Assembly (NCBI GenBank): GCA_030153785.1
Contig: JASKLF010000012.1
Coordinates: 1-45,165, forward strand
Length of the DNA: 45,165 bases
Direction: 5' to 3'
Source of the DNA: a bacterium
GTDB taxonomy: Bacteria > Synergistota > GBS-1
Shown here: positions 38,142 to 45,165 of the stretch, in pieces
Layout: every line of letters starts with the position of its first letter
How positions within the stretch are numbered: position 1 is the first letter of the stretch
Notes under the pieces: model-generated
Database searches by the model: none
What the model was told of the DNA's origin: nothing
What the model saw: the letters and a program-made list of their open reading frames with translations, nothing else
Program-made: the position numbers and the translations under genes

Positions 38142-38687
38142 ATGAACTTGGCTAAGGTAAAGGTTGCCACTACTTGGCTTGAGTGCTGTTCTGGTTGTCA
38201 CATGTCTTTTCTGGACTTGGACGAAAAACTCGTAGAGTTATTATCAAAAATAGAATTTGACGCCAGTCCAATAACGGATATAAAAGATTTTCATCCTGTT
38301 GATGTGGGTATAGTAGAAGGAGCTGTGGGGAATGAGGAACAGCTTGAGGTTCTCAGAAAGATACGCGAAAACTCCAAGATACTGATAGCTTTAGGAGACT
38401 GTGCTTGTTTTGGCGGTATTCCTGCGATGAGGAACTTCTTCGATAAAGATGAAGTTTTAAAGAGAGTTTACATCGAAACGGAAAGCACAGTTAACCCGAA
38501 GAAAGTTATACCTCATGAAGATGTTCCAAAGCTTTTCCCCAGTGTTAAAGGTATCGACCAATTTGTTAAAGTTGACGTTTATATACCTGGTTGTCCTCCT
38601 GACCCGAGAGCTATAGAATATGCTTTAAAAGAACTCCTTGAAGGTAGGATACCCGTTTTACCACCCGAGCTCCTGTCGTATGAATGA
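38142..38687 (+). CDS. [NiFe] hydrogenase small subunit (HoxY/HydS-like, single cluster)
   Basis: CCSGCHMS, EGAV, GDCACFGG, PGCPP; 181 aa. Confidence 0.92.
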   Translation: MNLAKVKVATTWLECCSGCHMSFLDLDEKLVELLSKIEFDASPITDIKDFHPVDVGIVEGAVGNEEQLEVLRKIRENSKILIALGDCACFGGIPAMRNFFDKDEVLKRVYIETESTVNPKKVIPHEDVPKLFPSVKGIDQFVKVDVYIPGCPPDPRAIEYALKELLEGRIPVLPPELLSYE

Positions 38688-38705
38688 TGAGGAGGTGTTT
38701 AGCTC

Positions 38706-40136
38706 ATGGCACAAAAACTTGAAATATTCCCTGTAACCAGGGTTGAAGGTCACGGTAAGGTTACAATATACCTTAATGAGAATGGTGAAGTAGAAAGGAC
38801 ATACTTTCACGTTACCCAAATAAGGGGGTTTGAAAAGTTCTGCGAGGGAAGAGTCTTTTGGGAAATGCCGGTGATGACCCAAAGAGCCTGTGGAATTTGC
38901 CCAGTAAGCCACCATCTCGCTTCGGCTAAGGCTACCGACAAAATACTTGGGGTTGAAATCCCGCCTACAGCAAAAAAGCTGAGAGAACTCATGCATATGG
39001 GACAGCTCGTTCAATCCCATTCTCTGCATTTCTTCCATTTGGCAAGTCCCGATCTTCTCTTGGGTATGGATGCTGATCCCAAGATAAGAAACGTTGTGGG
39101 AGTTATAGAAAAGCATCCAGACCTCGCCGTAAGGGGAGTCAAACTCAGAAAGTATGGTCAGGAAGTAATAAGAACACTTGCAGGAAAAAGAATTCACCCT
39201 CGCTTTGCTATCCCAGGAGGAGTTAACAAGGGACTTACCGTCCAAGAAAGAGATGCGCTGTTAAAAGATATAGACTGGGTAATAGATAGCCTTAAAGATA
39301 CTGTAAAACTTATTAGAAATTTAGCCATAGATTGGGGAGACAAGTTTAGGAATTTCGCTTCGTTTCCATCCTTCTACATGGGACTTGTAGATGACAACGG
39401 CAATCTTGACTTATATCATGGAAAGATAAGATTGTGTGATCATAAGGGAAGAATTGTTGACGAATTCAGCGAAGATGATTACCTCCAGAAGATAGGAGAA
39501 TGGGTTGAGCCTTGGTCCTATATGAAATTTCCGTTTTACAAGGAATTTGGCTATCCAGAGGGAAGCTATAGGGTTGGGCCGTTAGCAAGATTGAATTGCT
39601 GTGATGATATTCCAACTCCATTAGCAAAAGAAGAGTTTAAGCTATTCCGTGAAATGGTTGGAGATAGAGTGGCAGAAGGCTCTTTATTCTATCACTATGC
39701 AAGGATGATAGAAGCCCTCCATTCGGCTGAGAGATTAAAAGAGCTTTTAGAGGATCCTGATATAACGGGAACGGAGCTTCAAGCCATTAGCAGAAAATTT
39801 AACCCTGAAGGAATAGGAGTACTTGAAGCACCAAGAGGTACACTTATACACCACTATAAGGTTAATGAAAATGGCGAAGTTGTAAAAGCAAACCTTGTAG
39901 TAGCTACCGTGCATAACAATCACGCTATGAACAAGGCCGTAGAGCTCGTTGCTAAGGAGCACATCAAGGGACCGGAAATAAAGGAAGGATTCTTAAACAT
40001 GCTTGAGGTAGCTATAAGGTGCTACGATCCTTGCTTATCCTGTGCAACCCATGCAATTGGTAAGATGCCTCTCCAGGTTATCATTTACGACGCTGAAGGT
40101 AAGAAAGTAAAAGAGTTGGTGAAGGATCCCTGTTAG
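38706..40136 (+). CDS. Group 3 [NiFe] hydrogenase large subunit (HoxH/HydL-like)
   Basis: TRVEGHG, L1 RACGICPVSH, EAPRGTLIHHY, L2 YDPCLSCATH followed by a cleavable C-terminal extension. Confidence 0.96.
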   Translation: MAQKLEIFPVTRVEGHGKVTIYLNENGEVERTYFHVTQIRGFEKFCEGRVFWEMPVMTQRACGICPVSHHLASAKATDKILGVEIPPTAKKLRELMHMGQLVQSHSLHFFHLASPDLLLGMDADPKIRNVVGVIEKHPDLAVRGVKLRKYGQEVIRTLAGKRIHPRFAIPGGVNKGLTVQERDALLKDIDWVIDSLKDTVKLIRNLAIDWGDKFRNFASFPSFYMGLVDDNGNLDLYHGKIRLCDHKGRIVDEFSEDDYLQKIGEWVEPWSYMKFPFYKEFGYPEGSYRVGPLARLNCCDDIPTPLAKEEFKLFREMVGDRVAEGSLFYHYARMIEALHSAERLKELLEDPDITGTELQAISRKFNPEGIGVLEAPRGTLIHHYKVNENGEVVKANLVVATVHNNHAMNKAVELVAKEHIKGPEIKEGFLNMLEVAIRCYDPCLSCATHAIGKMPLQVIIYDAEGKKVKELVKDPC

Positions 40137-40585
40137 CTGTAATAGGATACGGAAATTACTCTCGAAAAGATGACGGAGTTGGTATATGGATAGGAGCCAG
40201 ATTAAAAAGCAGATTTAAAGATTATAAGAATCTAAAGTTTTACCTTTTACACCAGCTTACTCCGGAACTTGCTGAGGAGCTTAAGGAAGCAAAATGTGTG
40301 GTGTTTATAGATGCCGCTGTTGGTAAAGAAGATTGGTCTATAAGGAAAATAAGTTTAGGGGAGCATCGTGCTCCCCTAAACTACGTTTTTCATGCTTTAT
40401 ATCCTGAGGAACTCCTAAGGCTTATGAAGTTGCTTTACGGAAAAGCCCCAAAGGCTTGGATTTCAAGCATAAAGGGAGAGGATTTTTCCTTTGGAACTGG
40501 GTTGAGTCCAAAAACAAAAAGCTTTGCCGAAGAAGCAGAGATAATTCTCGAAAGTCTTATAAGGTCGGAGTTAAAAGATGCATGA
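40130..40585 (+). CDS. Hydrogenase maturation endopeptidase (probable CTG start)
   Basis: Frame is open upstream of the listed ORF: (L)LAVIGYGNYSRKDDGVG...HQLTPELAE...VVFIDA...H...G.GLS. Confidence 0.88.
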   Translation: MLAVIGYGNYSRKDDGVGIWIGARLKSRFKDYKNLKFYLLHQLTPELAEELKEAKCVVFIDAAVGKEDWSIRKISLGEHRAPLNYVFHALYPEELLRLMKLLYGKAPKAWISSIKGEDFSFGTGLSPKTKSFAEEAEIILESLIRSELKDA

Positions 40586-40964
40586 GTTTTCGTTAGCTGA
40601 GGCTTTAATGAACGTAGTTTTAGAGGAAGCAACTAAATATGGAGCTTGTAAAATACTTAAAATTAAAGTTAGAGCGGGCAAGCTTATGGGCATAGTTCCT
40701 GAGCTTTTAGATTTTGCCTTTAGCTCTCTCGCAGAGGGGAGCATTGCAGAAGGAGCTAAGCTTGAGCTTGAGGAAGTTCCCTTCAAAGGGAAATGCCGTT
40801 CTTGTAATTACTCTTTTAGTGTGGATGATTTCTTTGGGGTTTGTCCTAACTGTGGGAGTGACGAAATCGATATCCAAGGTGGAAAGGAGTTTGAGCTGGT
40901 TGGGCTTGAAATAGAGAGGGGTGATGAAAAGCTTGGAGATAAAGGTTGTAAGGAAAATACTTGA
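40578..40964 (+). CDS. hypA: Hydrogenase nickel metallochaperone HypA
   Basis: MHE N-terminus, CRSC and CPNCGS Zn motifs, GG.E. Confidence 0.96.
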   Translation: MHEFSLAEALMNVVLEEATKYGACKILKIKVRAGKLMGIVPELLDFAFSSLAEGSIAEGAKLELEEVPFKGKCRSCNYSFSVDDFFGVCPNCGSDEIDIQGGKEFELVGLEIERGDEKLGDKGCKENT

Positions 40965-41577
40965 AGCCGGAATGCGGATAGCGGAAACAAATAGGAGAAT
41001 ATTAAAAGAGAAAGGCATTACGAGTTTCAATTTTATTGGAGCGCCAGGCGCTGGAAAAACTTCCTTACTTTTAAAGCTTATAGAAAACCTGAAAGATAGA
41101 TATAGAATAGGAGTAATAGAGGGAGATTTAGCTACAACAAGGGATGCTGAGAAAATCTATCAGACAGGTGTTCCCGTTGTACAGATAAATACCGAAGGTG
41201 GTTGCCATCTTGATGCCAACCTTGTCGGAAAAGCATTGGAAAACCTACCTCTTGAGGATATCGATATCCTATTCATAGAAAATGTGGGTAATCTAGTCTG
41301 TCCCACAGCTTTCGACTTAGGTGAAGACTACAAAGTAGGGATATTAAGCGTCCCGGAAGGAGATGACAAGCCAGAAAAATATCCTGTAATAGTTAAAGTT
41401 TCAAAAGCCATAGTTCTAAATAAGATCGACATGTTACCCTACTTTAGATTTGATAGAGAACGGTTCTACTTTCCCATTAAAAAGCTTTCTCCCAGTATGC
41501 CCATCTTTGAAGTTTCGTGTGAGACCGGTGAGGGAATAAGCAAAGTGGTTGAGTGGATAATTTCAAAAGTAACATAA
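40921..41577 (+). CDS. hypB: Hydrogenase nickel incorporation GTPase HypB
   Basis: PGAGKT, VIEGD, GGCHLDA, ENVGNLVCP, EGDDKP.KYP, NKID; exact start uncertain. Confidence 0.96.
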   Translation: MMKSLEIKVVRKILEAGMRIAETNRRILKEKGITSFNFIGAPGAGKTSLLLKLIENLKDRYRIGVIEGDLATTRDAEKIYQTGVPVVQINTEGGCHLDANLVGKALENLPLEDIDILFIENVGNLVCPTAFDLGEDYKVGILSVPEGDDKPEKYPVIVKVSKAIVLNKIDMLPYFRFDRERFYFPIKKLSPSMPIFEVSCETGEGISKVVEWIISKVT

Positions 41578-41592
41578 AAGGAGGCGAGGGGG

Positions 41593-42177
41593 ATGGGCAA
41601 AAGGATACTGGAATTGGTGGGGGATTTTGTCGAGGACTATGAAGCAATGGTTCCCTATCAGATGCTACTTATGTTAGGTTATCAAGTTGACACTACCTGT
41701 CCTGGTAAAAAGCCTGGGGAGAAAGTTAAAACCGCTATTCACGATTTTGAGGGAGACCAAACCTACAGCGAGAAGCCTGGTCACTTCTTCATGATAACCA
41801 AAGATTTCGACACGATTAAAGTGGAAGATTACGATGGCTTGGTTATTCCAGGCGGAAGAGCTCCCGAGTACTTGAGAATGAATCCTAAAGTAGTTGAACT
41901 TGTTAAAAAATTTGCTGAAGCCAAAAAGCCTATAGCGGCAATATGCCATGGTCCTCAACTCCTGACTGCCGCTAAAGTTATAAGTGGTAAAAGGATATGC
42001 GCTTATCCAGCCGTGGCAGCTGAAATAGAACTTGCAGGTGGGACTTATGTTCCTCCAAATGAGACCTTTTCAAACGCCGTAGTTGACGACATATTCGTAA
42101 CAGCACCAGCATGGCCTGCTCATCCTGAATGGATTAGAAAGTTTGTTGAACTGCTTGGGGCTAAAATAGAAATATAA
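41593..42177 (+). CDS. DJ-1/PfpI family protein
   Basis: GDFVEDYE, IHDFEGDQTYSEKPGH, PGGRAPEYLR, AICHG, APAWPAHP. Confidence 0.92.
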   Translation: MGKRILELVGDFVEDYEAMVPYQMLLMLGYQVDTTCPGKKPGEKVKTAIHDFEGDQTYSEKPGHFFMITKDFDTIKVEDYDGLVIPGGRAPEYLRMNPKVVELVKKFAEAKKPIAAICHGPQLLTAAKVISGKRICAYPAVAAEIELAGGTYVPPNETFSNAVVDDIFVTAPAWPAHPEWIRKFVELLGAKIEI

Positions 42178-42197
42178 CCTTAGAGCCTAACCGTAAT

Positions 42198-42240
42198 AAA
42201 AAAGGGAGGTGGATTCCCTCCACCTCCCTCTTGCTTTTTT
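42198..42240. terminator. Bidirectional intrinsic terminator between the convergent hydrogenase and wtp operons
   Basis: AGGGAGGTGGA-TTCCC-TCCACCTCCCT flanked by an A-tract upstream and a T-tract downstream. Confidence 0.8.
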
Positions 42241-43273
42241 AAAATACGTGTATCGCAGTAGCCTTAAATCCAGCAAAAAGTTTCTTACCGGGATGAATTC
42301 CAAGTTCGACAGCCGCTGCTCTTGTTATTATAGATTTGATAACCAAGTTTTCGACTTTAAGTGTAACTTTAAGCACACCTTGCAGATCTTGAATTTCTAG
42401 GACAGTTGCTTCAAAAACGTTTCTCAGTGAACTTTTAAGTGGGTTCTCCGAAAGGACTATATCTTCAGGTCGAATAGCAATCCTCACTTTACCGAAGAAA
42501 CTTTTGGGAAGCTTTATTGAAATTCCGTTAGCCTTAAGCTCATATCCTTGTGCAAATCCCTCAATGATATTCTCAAACCCTAAAAAGGAAGCTATTTTTT
42601 CGTCTTTCGGCTTAGAGAAAACTTCTTTTATACTACCCAATTGAGCGATCTCACCATCAAGCATTATTCCCACACTATCTCCGAGGGTCAAAGCTTCCTC
42701 AAAAGAGTGAGTAACGTGAATTGCTGTAAAGTTAAGCTCTGTTCTCCACTTCTTGAAATCCGAAAGTAATTTTGCTGATGTCAAAGGATCAAGATTGGCG
42801 AAAGGTTCGTCTAAAAGAAGGAGCCTTGCTTCTATGACTAAACTTCGAGCTATTGCCACACGTTGGGATTCTCCTCCACTCAATGTCTTTGGCTTTCTAT
42901 TGAGAAGATGTTCAATACCAAGAATAGAGGATATATCTTTAATTTTCTTGGATATAAGGCTTTCCGGTGTTTTCCTTAATCTAAGTCCATAGGCTATATT
43001 CTCATACACGCTCATGTGAGGGAAAAGCCCATAGTTTTGGGGAACATAGGCAAAATGTCTTTTTTCTGGCTCGAGAAAAGTTATATCCTCTCCATTCCAG
43101 TAAATTTTACCCCTTTCAGGAAAAAATATACCCGCGATTAGCTCCAGCAACAAGGTCTTCCCCGCACCGCTTGGGCCAAGTATTATAAAATACTCTCCTT
43201 CTCTCACCTCAAAAGATATGTTTTCAAGAGAAAACTCCTGCCATTTTCTACAAACTCTCTCAAGCTTAAGCAA
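42239..43273 (-). CDS. wtpC: Tungstate/molybdate ABC transporter ATPase
   Basis: [24 protein letters not shown]-terminal TOBE-like domain. Confidence 0.88.
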   Translation of the reverse strand: MLKLERVCRKWQEFSLENISFEVREGEYFIILGPSGAGKTLLLELIAGIFFPERGKIYWNGEDITFLEPEKRHFAYVPQNYGLFPHMSVYENIAYGLRLRKTPESLISKKIKDISSILGIEHLLNRKPKTLSGGESQRVAIARSLVIEARLLLLDEPFANLDPLTSAKLLSDFKKWRTELNFTAIHVTHSFEEALTLGDSVGIMLDGEIAQLGSIKEVFSKPKDEKIASFLGFENIIEGFAQGYELKANGISIKLPKSFFGKVRIAIRPEDIVLSENPLKSSLRNVFEATVLEIQDLQGVLKVTLKVENLVIKSIITRAAAVELGIHPGKKLFAGFKATAIHVF

Positions 43274-44027
43274 CCCTTCTAATCCTCCCTATAAACAAGC
43301 GTAAAACGGTAAATATACCTAAACTCAGGACCATCAAAATTACCGCTATGGGCCTTGAGGTCTTTAACCCATAGTTATTGAAGTATTCCATAGCCAAAAC
43401 CTGTGCCGTCTTGGGATAGTAGGCTACTATTAATATAGCACCAACTTCGCTTATCGCTCTTGCCCATGCCATAATTGCGCCACTTGCTATGGAAGGCAAA
43501 GCTATGGGAATGGAAATTGAAAGAAGGGTTTTCAACTTTGTGGCTCCAAGTGTTCTAGCAACATACTCCAGTTTCTCATCCACCCCTATAAAACCGTCTC
43601 TCGCTGAATTTACTACAAAGGATGCAGATACAAAAAGCATAGCCATTACTATCGCAGTATAACTATCGATGATCTTTTCCGAGAAGGTAATCAAAAGCAT
43701 TATCCCAACCACAGAGTGAGGAATCACGACAGGCAAGTCTATTATTCCTTGAACTATGCCTTTCCCTCTGAAATCTTTCCTTGCCAAAAAGTATCCCAAC
43801 GGGACACCAAAGGTTATTGCGATTAAAGTGGATATCGTGGAAGTCAAAAGGGTGTTTTTTAGCGATTCGATAACTACCTCATCTTTTAGTATTTTTATGA
43901 GCATGGATATATCCCACGCTTGCTTCATAAAAAGTACTATTATCGGCAAAGCTATATAGGCCACAAGAAAGCTTCCTATGATAGCTATAAGATATAAAAA
44001 GTAATCCCGTTTCCCTTTTCTATTCAT
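43266..44027 (-). CDS. wtpB: Tungstate/molybdate ABC transporter permease
   Basis: [23 protein letters not shown] loop, [10 protein letters not shown]....AYYP. Confidence 0.9.
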   Translation of the reverse strand: MNRKGKRDYFLYLIAIIGSFLVAYIALPIIVLFMKQAWDISMLIKILKDEVVIESLKNTLLTSTISTLIAITFGVPLGYFLARKDFRGKGIVQGIIDLPVVIPHSVVGIMLLITFSEKIIDSYTAIVMAMLFVSASFVVNSARDGFIGVDEKLEYVARTLGATKLKTLLSISIPIALPSIASGAIMAWARAISEVGAILIVAYYPKTAQVLAMEYFNNYGLKTSRPIAVILMVLSLGIFTVLRLFIGRIRRVA

Positions 44028-45039
44028 TACCTTTCTTTACCATGTTTTCTATCTTTTTCGGTATATTCCCAAAAGCTATTGGAGTTTTCATAAAGTCGTG
44101 ATAATTCTCTGTAAACGCGCTTCTCCCTTCTTTAAGCATATAGGCTAAAAATTGTAAGGCAAGCTTTCTATGGGGAGCATTCTTCAAGACGGTAATCCCA
44201 TAGGTTATTGGCATGCCCTTTACTATTTTCCCTGTAGAACTTAATTTGACCGATACCCTTTTATACGTTTCCGCGAAAGACACATCCTTTAAATTTACTT
44301 CAACAGGAAGTTCAACGAATTTAAGCCCATGCTGTTTCGCCACGCTCTTGTAAATGAAGAAATAGTCCAATGCTCCACTTTCTACAAGTGCGGTTAAATC
44401 TACTTCCTTCGGTCGTATAATAACCCTCTTAGATGCAGGCCTTACATTCCTCGGTACCTCGATCAAGTCATCGGAGTAAGTTATATTAGTATTTTTAACG
44501 ACTAAGTTGTCGAAAATAGGCCTTTTGTAATAAAAATCTGAAAGTCTCATAACCATAAGACTCCTATATCCACAAGGGTCATGATTGGGGTCGCTAAAAC
44601 CAAAAGAAACGTCTTCCTTGGAAAGCATATCATACCAATTAGAGGCGTTTATTTCCTTTGAGTATTTGCTTTTATCACTGTAGGCCAGCACTATTTCATT
44701 AGTCGCAAAAAGGACATAGAAATCGGTATATTTTGGAACAAGAAGCTGGGGTATAAGGTTGTAGTCTGCAACTCCCACTATATCTGCTTTTTTCCCGATA
44801 TCCGTAACTTTTCTAACAGCTTCAACGCTTCCCGATATCTCCGTTTTGAATGACACCTTTATCCCTGTTTTTTCGAGGTAAAACTTCGAAAAATCTTCCT
44901 GCAGAGCCTTGAAGGGAACGCTAAGCGAACCTGCATGGAAGATAACAAGTTCGCTTTCCTCAGCTTGGGAGGTCGCCCCCAATGAAGGTAAGACCAAAAG
45001 AGCCATCAGAAAAACCATCAGCACTTTTTTGAACTTCAA
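44020..45039 (-). CDS. wtpA: Tungstate ABC transporter substrate-binding protein
   Basis: FHAGSL, GSV...RKVTD, ADY, DP..DPCGYR, RPKE, IY.SVA.QH, PITYGIT; signal peptide. Confidence 0.92.
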   Translation of the reverse strand: MKFKKVLMVFLMALLVLPSLGATSQAEESELVIFHAGSLSVPFKALQEDFSKFYLEKTGIKVSFKTEISGSVEAVRKVTDIGKKADIVGVADYNLIPQLLVPKYTDFYVLFATNEIVLAYSDKSKYSKEINASNWYDMLSKEDVSFGFSDPNHDPCGYRSLMVMRLSDFYYKRPIFDNLVVKNTNITYSDDLIEVPRNVRPASKRVIIRPKEVDLTALVESGALDYFFIYKSVAKQHGLKFVELPVEVNLKDVSFAETYKRVSVKLSSTGKIVKGMPITYGITVLKNAPHRKLALQFLAYMLKEGRSAFTENYHDFMKTPIAFGNIPKKIENMVKKGNE

Positions 45040-45067
45040 CTTACACCACCTCCGTTAGAATTTTGAC

Positions 45068-45108
45068 AAAAATTAAAGCCCCCTCCCGCGTAAGCGAAAG
45101 GGGGCTTT
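45068..45108 (-). terminator. Leader terminator (expression platform) upstream of wtpA
   Basis: On the - strand AAAGCCCCCTTTCGC-TTAC-GCGGGAGGGGGCTTT then AATTTTT, upstream of the GGAGGTG RBS. Confidence 0.7.
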
Positions 45109-45122
45109 GAAGCCCGGGCTTC

Positions 45123-45165
45123 CTCCTTTCCAAACACGGGAGGCTAACAGGTTTCCCCGTTAACC
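45123..45165 (-). ncRNA. Moco/Tuco riboswitch, 3' part (truncated by window edge)
   Basis: On the - strand GGTTAACGGG-GAAA-CCTGTTAGCC (GNRA hairpin) then TCCCGTGTTTGGAAAGGAG, resembling the 3' consensus of the Moco RNA motif; located 5' of a tungstate transporter. Confidence 0.8.

Noticed and set aside
40020..40052. Selenocysteine ([NiFeSe]) in the large subunit
   Set aside because: The L2 motif is encoded with Cys codons (DPCLSC); there is no in-frame TGA.
42209..42400. 63-aa + strand ORF after the DJ-1 gene
   Set aside because: Starts inside the terminator hairpin and lies antisense to wtpC.
1..45165. CRISPR arrays, IS elements, prophage, tRNA/rRNA
   Set aside because: No periodic repeats, transposase/integrase ORFs or structural RNA signatures were seen; intergenic gaps are very short.

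Overview
Gene-dense bacterial chromosomal window with no mobile elements, CRISPR or rRNA/tRNA detected. The K/E-rich proteins, tungsten enzymes and hydrogenases suggest a thermophilic anaerobe; taxonomy is not established. Left half (1-23.9 kb) is mostly housekeeping: a nucleotide-sugar dehydrogenase, an LMW phosphatase with a coiled-coil insert next to fliS and an flgN-like gene, the rimP-nusA-ylxR-ylxQ-infB-ylxP-rbfA-nrnA-truB-ribF operon with its leader hairpin, panB/panE, a frameshifted mscS, spoVS, hisS-aspS-acpS-nnr-tsaE-tsaB. Right half (23.9-45.2 kb) is a redox supercluster. It holds a tungsten aldehyde oxidoreductase (small + large subunit, MoaD), an FAD amino-acid oxidoreductase and an ornithine cyclodeaminase-family gene, then a DRTGG/CBS-kinase/PHP/HATPase module. 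Next come TWO NuoE/NuoF diaphorase pairs, one with electron-bifurcating signatures and one with non-bifurcating signatures, ahead of a single NuoG-like adaptor and a group-3 [NiFe] hydrogenase with protease, hypA and hypB. It ends with a convergent archaeal-type WtpABC tungstate transporter under a Moco/Tuco-type riboswitch. The dual-diaphorase [NiFe] hydrogenase is the best candidate for an undescribed system. All calls come from motif recognition by eye; no database searches were run.
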